From NCBI GenBank assembly GCA_963666285.1, contig OY762711.1: DNA of 64,000 bases; one strand, 5' to 3'. Numbering within the stretch: the stretch's first letter is position 1; each line of letters starts with the position of its first letter. This document shows positions 10,159 to 20,810 of this stretch, in pieces. Source of the DNA: Sedimentisphaerales bacterium. Lineage in GTDB: Bacteria > Planctomycetota > Phycisphaerae > Sedimentisphaerales > SM23-30. Made by a program: the position numbers and the translations under genes. The notes below the pieces were generated by a model, which saw only the letters and a list, made by a program, of their open reading frames with translations, had not been told where the DNA came from and did not search any database.

Positions 10159-10755
10159 ATGGCTAAAACAGCTAAACCACGATTAAGCGGCAGTCAAACC
10201 GAAAAGAATCTGCTAACTGCATTCTGCGGCGAATCTCAGGCACGCAACAAGTATACGTATTTTGCATCTATAGCCAAGAAGGAAGGTTATGTACAAATCG
10301 CTGCTATTTTTGAAGAAACTGCCAACCAGGAAAAGGAACATGCCAAACGCTTGTTCAAGTTCATGACAAGTGGCAAGGAAGTTGAAATTACTGCGGCATT
10401 TCCCGCCGGGGCTCTTTCAACCAAGACCGAAAAGAACCTGGAAGAAGCTGCGATGGGCGAAAAATATGAATATACTACTATGTATCCGGAGTTTGCCAAG
10501 GTTGCTGCTGCTGAAGGATTTAAGGATATTGCCGGCGTAATGAAAGCTATCGCAGTTGCCGAAAAACGCCATCACGATCGCTACATTAAACTGCGTAATA
10601 ATATCCTGGCAAAGGAAGTGTTCGAAAAGAAACGCAAAGTTACTTGGATATGCCGAAATTGTGGATATGTTCATGTTGGAACAAAAGCTCCTAAACTTTG
10701 TGCTGCATGTGCACATCCTACCGCACATTTTGAACTGGAAAGCAAGAATTACTAA
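10159..10755 (+). CDS. rbr: Rubrerythrin
   Basis: GESQARNKY, EKEHA, EKRH and a C-terminal rubredoxin domain CRNCG...CAAC. Confidence 0.95.
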   Translation: MAKTAKPRLSGSQTEKNLLTAFCGESQARNKYTYFASIAKKEGYVQIAAIFEETANQEKEHAKRLFKFMTSGKEVEITAAFPAGALSTKTEKNLEEAAMGEKYEYTTMYPEFAKVAAAEGFKDIAGVMKAIAVAEKRHHDRYIKLRNNILAKEVFEKKRKVTWICRNCGYVHVGTKAPKLCAACAHPTAHFELESKNY

Positions 10756-10795
10756 GAATCTTGATATGGCTTAGGGTTTTTGATTTTTAGATATT

Positions 10796-10823
10796 AAACG
10801 CAGGTTTCGGCCTGCGTTTTTTT
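10796..10823 (+). terminator. Rho-independent terminator
   Basis: AAACGCAGG-TTTCGG-CCTGCGTTT stem plus T-tract. Confidence 0.8.
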
Positions 10824-10840
10824 GTATATTATGGGAGATT

Positions 10841-11209
10841 GTGAAGTTGAATATAACTAACAAGATGTTGGCAATATTGATTTGGTTTATTGTTGTTATT
10901 ATGCTGGCAACTAAGACAGATTCCTTTGGAGGGGGGTTGTTTTTTATCCCTTTTGTTATGTGGCCTCATTTAATCTCCCATATAATGATTTATAGAAGAA
11001 AAATCCTATTCAGTCAGCTGATTTTAATGATAGCTCAAGTGGGTTATTTCATATGGTTTTGCTATGTTTATAATGACATATTCTATAAGAATCTTGATCC
11101 TCAGAGTTCTATAGGGCTTATTTTTGTTGGTTTTTATGCCGCGAAAATATTAATATTTTTCTGGCTAATTGCCTGGCAGATATCTGGAAAGAAACCTATT
11201 GTTGAGTGA
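10841..11209 (+). CDS. Hypothetical membrane protein
   Basis: 122 aa with about 4 hydrophobic segments; GGGAG SD before GTG start. Confidence 0.65.
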   Translation: MKLNITNKMLAILIWFIVVIMLATKTDSFGGGLFFIPFVMWPHLISHIMIYRRKILFSQLILMIAQVGYFIWFCYVYNDIFYKNLDPQSSIGLIFVGFYAAKILIFFWLIAWQISGKKPIVE

Positions 11210-11380
11210 AAATATAGATTGATTGCAGAGTGTTTGATAGTCATATCTTTCCTATTTTAACAGTTGCTGTCTCATATTTTTCATCAAACGCACCATTCCG
11301 CTTGAATTGGAAGTCTCTATTTGTTAAGCTAGTTTAAACAGTTTAGAGAGTTAAATACATTGGAAAGAGATGGTGATTAA

Positions 11381-12115
11381 ATGAGAATATTATCGGTCTT
11401 ATTGTTAATTGTCTTGTTGGGAAGTTATGCTTGTGCTCAAATATCTCATAATGATATTATTATTACTGAAATATTTGCCAATGCTGATGGTGCTGATGAC
11501 AATAAAGAATGGTTTGAGTTGTATAATACTACAGATTCACAGATATCGTTACTTAACCTGCAAATTGTCGATAATGATGATGATAGTCATACAATTACTA
11601 CCGGTTTAGCAATCCAGCCGCATGGCTACCTGGTGCTGGGTCAAAGTACAGATTCATCATTGAATGGTGGTGCTCCTGTTGATTATCCATATGGCACAGA
11701 TATTACCCTTGGTAACAATGATGATGAGATAATTCTCCTTTTCAATGGAATTGTAATATATTCTGTGGCCTGGGGTGATTATAAAACATCGCCTTATTCT
11801 ATTGATATGGACCTGCCATCCAGTGAGCCCTCTAAAGGTGAGAGTGTTGGTATGAATAAGACATACTATTATGGACCGGTAGACAGCTGGAAGAAGCAGG
11901 ATACAGAATTTGGAACTAATGGTGATAAAGGTAATCCTGGTGAGGACAACGAACGTGCTTTTGAGCCTGATATGAAAGATTTTGCTGATTTGGCTGCCTT
12001 CTGGTTACAGAGTGATTGCAGTGTCGATAATGATTGGTGTGATTTTTCTGATATTAACCAGGACGGCACAGCTAATATTGAAGACATGCATGAAATTGCT
12101 AAATACTGGCTGTAG
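11381..12115 (+). CDS. Secreted lamin-tail-domain protein with C-terminal dockerin-like module
   Basis: Signal peptide; IIITEIFAN...EWFELYN and GNPG (LTD); DFADLAAFWL and DINQDGTANIED...YWL. Confidence 0.8.
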   Translation: MRILSVLLLIVLLGSYACAQISHNDIIITEIFANADGADDNKEWFELYNTTDSQISLLNLQIVDNDDDSHTITTGLAIQPHGYLVLGQSTDSSLNGGAPVDYPYGTDITLGNNDDEIILLFNGIVIYSVAWGDYKTSPYSIDMDLPSSEPSKGESVGMNKTYYYGPVDSWKKQDTEFGTNGDKGNPGEDNERAFEPDMKDFADLAAFWLQSDCSVDNDWCDFSDINQDGTANIEDMHEIAKYWL

Positions 12116-12167
12116 CACTAATTCTGCAATTGCAGAATTATGATGTGTTTTTTGAAAGATATACTGT

Positions 12168-12202
12168 AAAGGCGATCTCAAACTTGAGGTTGCCTTTTTT
12201 TT
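12168..12202 (+). terminator. Rho-independent terminator
   Basis: AAAGGCGATCTCA...TGAGGTTGCCTTT stem plus T-tract. Confidence 0.75.
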
Positions 12203-12463
12203 ATCCTATTGCTGAAAAGCATTTTACACCACAGTGGGCCTACCATATATCAAATCGAACATAAGTGATGTAAAAACATAAATATTGTTGATGTGAAATT
12301 TTTTTATGTTTATCTTCGCTAAGTTCTTGGAATGTCTGTATTTTGGGATAAAATTGATAAATTAGGTGACAATAAAAAATTATAACGCTATAATTCAAAG
12401 CTGTTTGTATTTATTTACTTGGGGCTGCAATAACAGCGTGAACTATTGTTTTGAGGTGTTTTT

Positions 12464-12943
12464 ATGTCAAACTCATTGAGTTTATCAGAGGTTTTTCTGC
12501 TGGCAGAAAATATAGAAAAGCAGGGCCGTGAGTTTTATCTCGGAGCTGCGGCGAAGTCCGATGATCCTGTTGTCAAAGAAGTAATGACTTTTTTGGCTGA
12601 TGAGGAAACCCGGCATGAAAAGATATTTTCTGACCTGAGGCAGAAATATTTTGGTAGCCATGATATATATATGGATAACGATGATGATGAGGCTGCCAAA
12701 TATATCACGGGGCTGGTCGGTTCCCATGTTTTTAATGTTAGTAAGGATGTAGCAGAACTGCTTGGGTCTATACAAACCCCGAGGAGTGCTGTTGAAATGG
12801 CGATTAACTTTGAAAATGATACTATCAAATGCTTTACCGCGTTTAAAGGTATTGTAAAAGATGAAACAAAACTAATTGACAGGCTTATTGAAGAAGAAAA
12901 TAAGCACAAAGATAAGCTGGAGAAAGTGTTAGAACAGTTGTAA
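12464..12943 (+). CDS. Ferritin-like (rubrerythrin diiron domain) protein
   Basis: E..G..FY, LADEETRH and LIEEENKH diiron ExxH pairs. Confidence 0.88.
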   Translation: MSNSLSLSEVFLLAENIEKQGREFYLGAAAKSDDPVVKEVMTFLADEETRHEKIFSDLRQKYFGSHDIYMDNDDDEAAKYITGLVGSHVFNVSKDVAELLGSIQTPRSAVEMAINFENDTIKCFTAFKGIVKDETKLIDRLIEEENKHKDKLEKVLEQL

Positions 12944-12994
12944 TGTTTGCGGCCTTGTTTTAGATGAAATGGCCGCGTAGATAGAAAGGGCATA

Positions 12995-14188
12995 ATGAAA
13001 AGCGTTGAGATAAAACCGGGAATATACTGGGTTGGTTATGTGGATTGGAATATTAGGAATTTCCATGGATATCAGACTCACAGAGGCACCACTTATAACG
13101 CATATCTTGTCGTTGATGAAAAGATAGCTTTGATTGATTCTGTTAAGAAAGGGTATGGAGCTAACCTTTTAGAAAAAGTTGCTGAGATTATTGATCCAAC
13201 TAAAATTGATTACATTATCTCTAACCATACCGAGCCTGATCATAGCAGTGAGTTGCTTAAGATATCTGAAATTGCAGTAAATGCTAAAGTGATTGCTACC
13301 AAAAAAGGGGCGGCCGGCCTGAAGAAGTATTTTAAGTCTGACTGGGATATTACTGAGGTAAAGACTGGTGACAGTATATCTTTGGGTAAGAGAACTCTTG
13401 AGTTTATTAGTACTCCGATGCTGCACTGGCCTGATTCAATGTTTACTTATATGCCGGAAGAAAAACTTCTCTTTTCGATGGATGCGTTTGGTCAGCACCT
13501 GGCGACCAGCTTCAGGTTTAACGATGAAGTTGATGAAAATGTGATAATGGAAGAGGCTAAAGTTTATTATGCCAATATTATTATGCACCTTGGTTCTATT
13601 GTCAAAAAGACCCTGAAAGCTGCCGAGGGTATGGCTATCGAAATGATTGCACCCAGTCATGGTGTTATCTTCCGTAAGGATCTTGGTAAAATTATCAGCA
13701 GATACCAGGAATGGGCTGTTTTCAAACCGAAACCCAAATTACTGGTCATTTATGATACCATGTGGCAGAGTACCGAGTTGATAGCTAACGAAATAGCCCT
13801 CGGCGCGATTGAGCAGGGTATAGAGGTTAAAAAACTGTCTGTTCAGTCAAATGATATTACACATCTGGCGACTGAAATGCTGGATGCTGCTGCGGTTGCA
13901 ATTGGTTCACCAACATTGAATAATGGTCTGCTGCCAACTGTTGCCGAATTTTTGACATATATCAAAGGCTTGCGTCCCGGCAATAAGCTCGGTTTTGCCT
14001 TTGGCTCTCATGGTTGGGCCGGTGGTGCGGTTGAGCTGGTTGAGGAAGTCTTGAAAGATATTGGGACAGAGCTGACCAGTGAGGGAATCAGGGTCCAGTA
14101 TCGCCCTACAGCTGAAGAGCTGGCAGTATGCCGTCAGGCCGGGGTAGATTTAGCTAAAAAGGCATTAGAGAAAGTTAAAGCTTTCTAA
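12995..14188 (+). CDS. fprA: Flavodiiron protein (A-type flavoprotein, O2/NO reductase)
   Basis: GTTYNAYL, NHTEPDHS, HWPDSM, DAFGQH and PSHG, followed by a flavodoxin domain. Confidence 0.95.
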   Translation: MKSVEIKPGIYWVGYVDWNIRNFHGYQTHRGTTYNAYLVVDEKIALIDSVKKGYGANLLEKVAEIIDPTKIDYIISNHTEPDHSSELLKISEIAVNAKVIATKKGAAGLKKYFKSDWDITEVKTGDSISLGKRTLEFISTPMLHWPDSMFTYMPEEKLLFSMDAFGQHLATSFRFNDEVDENVIMEEAKVYYANIIMHLGSIVKKTLKAAEGMAIEMIAPSHGVIFRKDLGKIISRYQEWAVFKPKPKLLVIYDTMWQSTELIANEIALGAIEQGIEVKKLSVQSNDITHLATEMLDAAAVAIGSPTLNNGLLPTVAEFLTYIKGLRPGNKLGFAFGSHGWAGGAVELVEEVLKDIGTELTSEGIRVQYRPTAEELAVCRQAGVDLAKKALEKVKAF

Positions 14189-14211
14189 GGTTGTTTTCCG
14201 ATTAAGTGTTT

Positions 14212-14393
14212 GTTTGCTTTCGAAGTTTTTAAGTTGTAAAAATCGCCTTAAAGGGCCTTCCTGCAACACTTTGAATTTAATACACTTTAGAAAATTAGCT
14301 TGAAAACACAATTAAATATAATGTTTTTCATTCACAAGGCCCTGTTCCGGCCTTTGCGTGTAATGTTGAATAGTCAAAAGTGCGAAGTCGCAC
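14212..14393. mobile_element. MITE family 1, copy B
   Basis: Same sequence as copies D and E; flanks TGTTT / TGTTA match 4 of 5. Confidence 0.85.
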
Positions 14394-14529
14394 TGTTAGT
14401 AGATGAATACAATATGTCTGGATGTTGGAAATATGAAATTTCCACATCCAGGCGTATAGAAAATATATATAGCTTAAAATTTGTTTTATTAGTTTTGTTG
14501 ATTCCGATTTGATCGGAAGGGGGCTTTGG

Positions 14530-16035
14530 ATGGATTACCCGGTATTTTCTATACCTCTTCTGGGCGCTTCAATGCTTATTGCCATTGTTGCTATCGTTCA
14601 CGTTTATATCGCACATTTTGCCGTTGGGGCCGGTATTTTTAATGCAATATCTGAAACCTGGGCTCTAAAAAATGGCAGTCCGGCACTGCATAAGTTTCTC
14701 AAGGATAACAGCAAGTTTATTATTCTGCTGCCTTTTATTGGTGGGGCGGTAACCGGAGTAGGAATCTGGTTTACTATAGCCCTGTCAAGTCCTGAGACTG
14801 TTAATGCTTTGATCCATTTGTTTGTCTGGGGTTGGGCTATCGAATGGACTTTCTTTGTAGTTGAGATTATTTCCGGCTATATCTATTATTTCGGCTGGGA
14901 CCGAATGAGTAAAAAGGCTCATTGTTTCGTGGGCTGGATGTATGCAATATCCGCATTTTTGTCACTGGTCGTAATCAATGGTATCTTGACATTTATGCTT
15001 ACACCTGGTAATGCACTTGATAGCTCGGTGAGTCCGATGCAGTTTGACTTCTGGGCCGGTGTTTTTAATCCTTCATATTGGCCGCAACTGATTATTCGTT
15101 CGATAGGAGCACTTTCTCTGGCTGCTATGTTCTCCATGCTGCTGGTTAATCTTGGCAATCGATACAGCCAGGAAGAAAAAGATGAAGTGACAGTTTATGC
15201 CGGCAAATTCTTCATTCCATTTATTCTGCTGCTGCCGGCTGGATTATGGTTCTACTTGGCTTGTCCGGCCCTCGCTCAGCATTATCTGCAAGGCGGTTCG
15301 GTTATTATGCTGATGTTCTTTACCATGTGTGCCGGGGCAATCAGTTTGATCGGGGTATACGGCTATTGGGCGGTAGTAATTAACAAAAAGCCGGTTAGTC
15401 TGGAGATGTCAGTTTTGCTTTTGCTGCTGGCTGTTGGTGCAGCAGGCGGAGGTGAGTTTGTCCGTGAAGGCATAAGAAAGCCATATCTGATATACAATCA
15501 TATATATAGTAACGGCTTTAAGGTTGCAGATGTTGAATCTATCCAGGAAAAATGTGACAAAAGAGAGCTTGATACGATCTTGAGACTGTCACCATGGTGT
15601 GTGCAGCCGAACGATGCTGATATGTCAGATGAAGAGTTTTATGCGATGGATATTGGCGAGATGGGCAAAGAGCTGCGAGACTATCATAGCAAAATAATCA
15701 AAGGCAATTGGGTATATGATCAGCAGTGTTTGAGATGTCATAGCCTGGATGGCTATAATTCAATGAAGGCCTTGACAAAAGGCTGGTCGAAAGAAGCTAT
15801 AAGTGAGGTTACTACCAAACTCGACGAAATAAAGTTATTTATGCCTCCGTTTGTCGGAACGATACGAGACAGAGATTGTCTTAATTTTTATATCCATAGT
15901 TTGAATGGTGATTGTTCCAAATGTCATGTAAATCTGGATGAGGGCGGATTGGTTATCGATGAATCTATCAGCTATAAGGATGACGGAAAACTACGTGATG
16001 ATTATGTTCCATTTGGAAAGGAGGCAGTGAAATGA
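14530..16035 (+). CDS. Cytochrome bd-like oxidase subunit I homologue with C-terminal c-type heme motifs
   Basis: HVYIAHFAVGAG, GAVTGVGIWF, WAIEWTFF and EFVREGIRKPY; CLRCH and CSKCH. ATG 14530 follows a purine-rich SD. Confidence 0.8.
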   Translation: MDYPVFSIPLLGASMLIAIVAIVHVYIAHFAVGAGIFNAISETWALKNGSPALHKFLKDNSKFIILLPFIGGAVTGVGIWFTIALSSPETVNALIHLFVWGWAIEWTFFVVEIISGYIYYFGWDRMSKKAHCFVGWMYAISAFLSLVVINGILTFMLTPGNALDSSVSPMQFDFWAGVFNPSYWPQLIIRSIGALSLAAMFSMLLVNLGNRYSQEEKDEVTVYAGKFFIPFILLLPAGLWFYLACPALAQHYLQGGSVIMLMFFTMCAGAISLIGVYGYWAVVINKKPVSLEMSVLLLLLAVGAAGGGEFVREGIRKPYLIYNHIYSNGFKVADVESIQEKCDKRELDTILRLSPWCVQPNDADMSDEEFYAMDIGEMGKELRDYHSKIIKGNWVYDQQCLRCHSLDGYNSMKALTKGWSKEAISEVTTKLDEIKLFMPPFVGTIRDRDCLNFYIHSLNGDCSKCHVNLDEGGLVIDESISYKDDGKLRDDYVPFGKEAVK

Positions 16036-17162
16036 TTTTAGCTCAGACTGTTCCTACTCCGGGTTACGATTGGTTAACTCTTCCTGCTCCGGCATCTTTG
16101 TTGGAAGGTTTGTTTTTATTGACATTCTGGATCCACATGATCTTTGTCGGACTCTCGCTCGGCGGCTCGCTTATTCTCGCTGGCCGAAGCTTTTTGTTTC
16201 TGGCCAAACGCGATACAATCGAGACTCTTGACCGAAAGATGGTACGTGCAATTCCACCGATATTATCTGTTACAATTACAACCGGTATTGCTCCGCTGTT
16301 ATTTGTCCAGACCTTGTACGGCCATTTCTCATATTCCTCAAATATATTTTTGGGATATTTCTGGCTGGGTTCACTGGTATTGCTTCTGGCAGGCTTTATC
16401 TGTCTCTACCTTGCCGGCTGGCTCTGGGACTGGCAGATATCTCTTCCGGCCCTGGCGGCATTGCCGGTTTGCTTTCTCGGCATCTTGTATATTTTTACCA
16501 ACAATGCTCTCCTGACAATTCAGCCGGATCACTGGTTGGAGTTTCATCGTCATACGAGTATTATTCACGTTAAAGATGCGATTACTATTCCGCGATTACT
16601 TCACAATATTGCTTATCCGATTATGTTTGGCGGGTTATTCCTTGCATGGACCGCGAAAATATGCCGAAAAGATGATAAAACAGGCACCGAACGTGACAAT
16701 TCCGGCACAATATCTTTTGCGATGGGCTGGTTTGCCATGGGGGCAGCTGCCATTATCCTGTTTAATGGCTGGTATTATTATTCCATGCCTGAAGCATTAA
16801 AAGAAGCTCTGATTGCTGGTTTTACCGGCAAACTGATATATCTCTGGATGGCAATTACGGTTTTGACCGTTATTTGCGGCGGACTTGGCGTTATCCAGCC
16901 GGCTAAAAACCTATGGCCGTTTGCAGGTTCGGTTTTAAGCCTGGTTATACTTATTGGAATGGTTCTGGTTCGGGAGTTTATCCGTAAATGGTATCTGGCC
17001 CGCGATGTTGCCGGCAGTTTTACCATTGATAATTGGAATGTCGCTAACCAATGGTCGGCGATATTGGTATTCCTGGCCTGCCTTGTCGCGGCATTAGCTG
17101 TTGTTGGTATAATGATCGTTATGATCCTTCGCGGTAAACCAGAAGAAACATGTGAAGCTTAA
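16032..17162 (+). CDS. Polytopic membrane protein, probable partner subunit of the bd-like oxidase
   Basis: ATGA overlap with the upstream gene; FWIHMIF, GIAPLLFVQ, PRLLH and VREFIR motifs. Confidence 0.7.
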   Translation: MILAQTVPTPGYDWLTLPAPASLLEGLFLLTFWIHMIFVGLSLGGSLILAGRSFLFLAKRDTIETLDRKMVRAIPPILSVTITTGIAPLLFVQTLYGHFSYSSNIFLGYFWLGSLVLLLAGFICLYLAGWLWDWQISLPALAALPVCFLGILYIFTNNALLTIQPDHWLEFHRHTSIIHVKDAITIPRLLHNIAYPIMFGGLFLAWTAKICRKDDKTGTERDNSGTISFAMGWFAMGAAAIILFNGWYYYSMPEALKEALIAGFTGKLIYLWMAITVLTVICGGLGVIQPAKNLWPFAGSVLSLVILIGMVLVREFIRKWYLARDVAGSFTIDNWNVANQWSAILVFLACLVAALAVVGIMIVMILRGKPEETCEA

Positions 17163-17164
17163 TT

Positions 17165-17974
17165 ATGCTTGAAGATTTAATTCATTTGATATTAACGCTG
17201 CTGGCAACTTCGGCAGCGTTTCTTTTTGGTATCTTTATATCAAAGAAAAAGCGATCTATATGGCTTACCTGGTATGTTTTTGCGTTGGCTGTGCTGGTAA
17301 CGGTAAATTTACCAAATTTTGTAGTGTCACTGTCTTATATCGAACCGTTTGATACTCTGCATTATGGCTTTATCCGTTTTGCCGCGATAGGATTTGCTAT
17401 TGCCGGTTTGTTCAGTCCGTTACTCAGGCATATTCCAGAGAAGCGATCCCGCGTACTGATTGTTATTATGGTCTGGATTTTCCAGGTTCGATACGTTCTG
17501 CTGCCGGTGGCAAGCCCCGTATTCTATCGCAGTCAGGTCGCCATGCTGCATACTAAATTTCAAGGTAATGTTTGTATGCAGACGACCGATTATACCTGTG
17601 GTCCGGCCTCGGCGGTAACGGCGCTCTGTGCGATTGGTATAACGGCAAGCGAAGCTGATATTGCGGTTGCCGCAGATACTACACCGCTGCTTGGTACTAA
17701 CGAACGTCTGCTGGCCGATGCGATTGATCAGCTTTACGGTGTGAAGTGTGAGTGCTGCTATTTTGAAGATATCGATAGTCTGAAAGGCCGGTGTCCGGTA
17801 TTAGCGGTAATAGAATACAGCTTCTGGTTTGACCATTTTGTAGCTGTTCTTGATGTTACTGATGAATATGTTCTTGTTGGCGACCCACTTAACGGTCCCT
17901 GGAAATTGAAACGGGAAGATTTCGCCGCTAAATGGCGCAAGATAGGAGTTGTCTTTATCGGTGGTGTGCTCTAA
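17165..17974 (+). CDS. Membrane-anchored C39-family cysteine peptidase
   Basis: N-terminal TM helices; QTTDYTCGPA, DHFVAV and VGDP catalytic motifs. Confidence 0.85.
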   Translation: MLEDLIHLILTLLATSAAFLFGIFISKKKRSIWLTWYVFALAVLVTVNLPNFVVSLSYIEPFDTLHYGFIRFAAIGFAIAGLFSPLLRHIPEKRSRVLIVIMVWIFQVRYVLLPVASPVFYRSQVAMLHTKFQGNVCMQTTDYTCGPASAVTALCAIGITASEADIAVAADTTPLLGTNERLLADAIDQLYGVKCECCYFEDIDSLKGRCPVLAVIEYSFWFDHFVAVLDVTDEYVLVGDPLNGPWKLKREDFAAKWRKIGVVFIGGVL

Positions 17975-18534
17975 TACTCTATCCCTTTTCTCGCCTGTAT
18001 CCCATTTGCATATGGGTGTTTGACCTCTTTCATTTCTGTTACAAGGTCGGCCAGCTCTATTATCTTCTCATCTGCACCTCTTCCTGTCATTACCAGTTCG
18101 GTGTGGGCAGCTTTGAGTTTGGTAAGAGATTTGATAGTGTCATAATCTACCAGCTTCATACTGTAACAAACGATAATCTCATCAAGGATTATTAGGTCAT
18201 ACAATCCACTCTTAAGTAGCTTTTTAGTTTTTTCAATTGCTTCGTGGATACGAACTGCGGCCATTTTTTTCTGGTCCGGGTCATCTGCCTTTGCCATATT
18301 CCAATGATAATCTGCCCTGTCATGGCAGAAACGATTGGTTATATCGTTACCGATTATTTCTGATAGAGCAGATTCGCCGGTTACCATATCAGCCGGCTTT
18401 AGAAACTGACAGATATAAACGCTGCCGCCGCGACCCAGCATCCGCCAGCATAGCCCGAAAGCAGCTGTCGTTTTGCCCTTGCCTGATCCTGTATAAACCT
18501 GGATAAGCCCTTTATCTAATATTTTCTTATTCAT
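17971..18534 (-). CDS. cobO: Cob(I)yrinic acid a,c-diamide adenosyltransferase
   Basis: QVYTGSGKGKTTAAFG, ILDEI, TGR, ADLVTEM..VKHPY..G and ARKGIEY. Confidence 0.95.
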   Translation of the reverse strand: MNKKILDKGLIQVYTGSGKGKTTAAFGLCWRMLGRGGSVYICQFLKPADMVTGESALSEIIGNDITNRFCHDRADYHWNMAKADDPDQKKMAAVRIHEAIEKTKKLLKSGLYDLIILDEIIVCYSMKLVDYDTIKSLTKLKAAHTELVMTGRGADEKIIELADLVTEMKEVKHPYANGIQARKGIEY

Positions 18535-18953
18535 TATCTATAATGGTAATGAATAACTCATAATGTGTAAAGTAAGTATTTCCTTAAGTCTTATAATATA
18601 TGATCTTGTGAAACAGTATGTTAAACCGTGCTTGAATATTGTAGTTTATAACGATTGTCTGGTCTGGTAGCCTGTAATTTTGAGTTTCTTTTCTATAATT
18701 ATGGCCAGGTTCGTGGATTTTGTCTGATTAAGATTATACTTTTTAATTAGAAAACCATATCCATATGAGGAATGTGCCTGTAAGTTATACCCCTTGCTTG
18801 TTTATTTGTTTTGCGATTGGTGTTTGTACGTCTATCGCAAATAGGAGCCTGGGGTACGGGAAAAGGTATGTCACGGATGAGGTATCAGTACGAACGGTCA
18901 TGGAAGATCCATATTATGAGATAAAGCATGTATTGCATATAAAGGAGAGTTCT

Positions 18954-19772
18954 ATGGCTAAAATGACATGCAGGAAAGGGTTTACCCTTATTGAGTTGCT
19001 GGTTGTGGTGTGTGTGATTGGCTTACTTGCCGCGATCCTGACACCGACTTTCACCATGGCTCGTGACAGTGCGATGACTGCATATTGCAAGTCTAAACTT
19101 GGGCATCTGGGCCAGGCATATAGTACATACCTGGACGACAATAACGGGAGATTTCAAAAAGGATATTGCCTCGATAATTGCACCAATGATAGTGTAGTAA
19201 GCAAAAAAGATGTCTGGTTTGGGGCTCTGGAAAATTACTACGATGACAAAAGCTACCTCTTATGTCCTCAGGCTGAACTAACTGAGCTGGAAGGTGGGCA
19301 TTATCCGGATATGGCCTGGCAAATTCGTAACTCCGGTAAGTTTCGCGAGCTGGTAGATAATGATCTGGATAAGGGCAGCTACTGTTTGAACTGGTGGGTA
19401 AACAGTAATAGTGGCAACAACGTAAACTGCCGGTATAAGTGGGAAATGATTCCTTCTGAAAATTGTTCTAATATTCCGGTGTTGGCTGATGGTGGTGATT
19501 TTACCGCGGCAGTCAGAAGTGACTACAGCCATATACCTTATAAGAATCCGATTGACAGTTCTTTGACTGAAAGGGATTTTAAGAATAATTGCTTTGGTAT
19601 AAATAAGTTTCTTATGAAGCGTCATGGCGGCGGGGTTAACGTACTGTTTATGGACTGGTCTGTAAGGACAATTACTTTAATGGACTTATATTCATTAAAC
19701 TGGCATAAAGAATATAAACCGGTAAGCCAATGTGATGCTACCTGGCAATGGCCGGATTGGATTGATGATTAG
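18954..19772 (+). CDS. Prepilin-type N-terminal cleavage/methylation protein with H-X9-DG-like C-terminus
   Basis: GFTLIELLVVV and RHGGGVNVLFMDWSV; ATG 18954 follows AAGGAG. Confidence 0.88.
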   Translation: MAKMTCRKGFTLIELLVVVCVIGLLAAILTPTFTMARDSAMTAYCKSKLGHLGQAYSTYLDDNNGRFQKGYCLDNCTNDSVVSKKDVWFGALENYYDDKSYLLCPQAELTELEGGHYPDMAWQIRNSGKFRELVDNDLDKGSYCLNWWVNSNSGNNVNCRYKWEMIPSENCSNIPVLADGGDFTAAVRSDYSHIPYKNPIDSSLTERDFKNNCFGINKFLMKRHGGGVNVLFMDWSVRTITLMDLYSLNWHKEYKPVSQCDATWQWPDWIDD

Positions 19773-19799
19773 TGAAAATATAATGTAGAATGTATTATA

Positions 19800-19953
19800 G
19801 TTAACTTTCGCAGTGTTTTAGTTGCAATAACGAAGTGCCTGTGGTAAATCGCTTAAAAGGGCCTTCCGGTAATACTTTTAATTTTAAACAAAGCGTCAGA
19901 AGACCTGTCCTGTGCTAGTCGAAGGATAGCCGAACACCTTAATTTTTCACTTT
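19800..19953. mobile_element. MITE family 1, copy C (left arm plus nested REP-like module; right arm missing)
   Basis: GTTAACTTTCGCAG...AAAAGGGCCTTCC matches the other copies. Confidence 0.75.
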
Positions 19954-20805
19954 TTACGGTCCGAAGATCAGAAAGTCTATCAGTGAACCTGAAGTGATCA
20001 GTACAACAGAAATATAGATCAGTGTTATGGCTTGTCTGGGCTGTTGTTTGTTGGATTGGCCTACACATACAAAGGCTGCAAATGCTGACACTGTGTATAC
20101 TATCTGGCCCATGTGCAGCACCCCCGGAATAAGAGCAAAGGCTGCTCCGGTTATGAGCAGCCCCCGGGCCAGTTTGAGATATCTGCGGGTGTTTTTTATT
20201 GTAGAGCCATTTGGATAGGCGATTTTGTCGCCCGGCATGTCTCGCAAATCTTTCAACATTTCATACCCGATTGCGGTGAATAATAGCCAGAAGGGATGAA
20301 TTAGGAGCATTGCTAATCTTGGTTTATAAATCGGTAGACTAAACGGGTGCGAAACCGTTAAAGAGGCCGGGTATAGCGAAGCCAGCAGGATGCCAATTAT
20401 TATAACCTTGAATATTCCCATTTTCTTGGAATACATATCGTAGAATATCAGCAGCAGGGCGGTAGCTGTAATGACAAGCCCAAATCTCAATGTACAACAG
20501 AACGCCTGGCCGATACCGGCGGCAAATAGAATATATGCCAACCTGGCGGCATGAACTGGTTTTACCTGGCCGCTGGGTAGCGGCCGTTCCGGACTGTTTA
20601 TTCGATCGGTTTCTATGTCAAAATAATCATTCAGGATATACCCGGCTGAGATAATGCAAAAATATGAACCGAACGACAAAATCGCTTTGCCCGGTATCAT
20701 ATCAATATATCCACAGGTGAGATATGTGAGGATTACGATAAATCCTAAAGAGAAAGGCAGTGAATAGTAAAGCCTCATCAATTTGACCAGTGGTATTATT
20801 TTCAA
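19954..20805 (-). CDS. UbiA-family prenyltransferase (DGGGP-synthase-like)
   Basis: NDYFDIETDRINSPERPLPSG and EMLKDLRDMPGD Asp-rich motifs; multiple TM segments. Confidence 0.88.
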   Translation of the reverse strand: MKIIPLVKLMRLYYSLPFSLGFIVILTYLTCGYIDMIPGKAILSFGSYFCIISAGYILNDYFDIETDRINSPERPLPSGQVKPVHAARLAYILFAAGIGQAFCCTLRFGLVITATALLLIFYDMYSKKMGIFKVIIIGILLASLYPASLTVSHPFSLPIYKPRLAMLLIHPFWLLFTAIGYEMLKDLRDMPGDKIAYPNGSTIKNTRRYLKLARGLLITGAAFALIPGVLHMGQIVYTVSAFAAFVCVGQSNKQQPRQAITLIYISVVLITSGSLIDFLIFGP

Positions 20806-20810
20806 GTTAT

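Noticed and set aside
14300..14512. Small ORFs 14300-14512, 45086-45298, 2300-2491 and 42328-42513
   Set aside because: They derive from MITE sequence; two share the peptide RVMLNSQKCE only because the repeat is shared.
18535..18953. Cobalamin or c-di-GMP riboswitch between cobO and the prepilin gene
   Set aside because: No recognisable B12 box or GEMM core motifs by eye; an Rfam scan would settle it.
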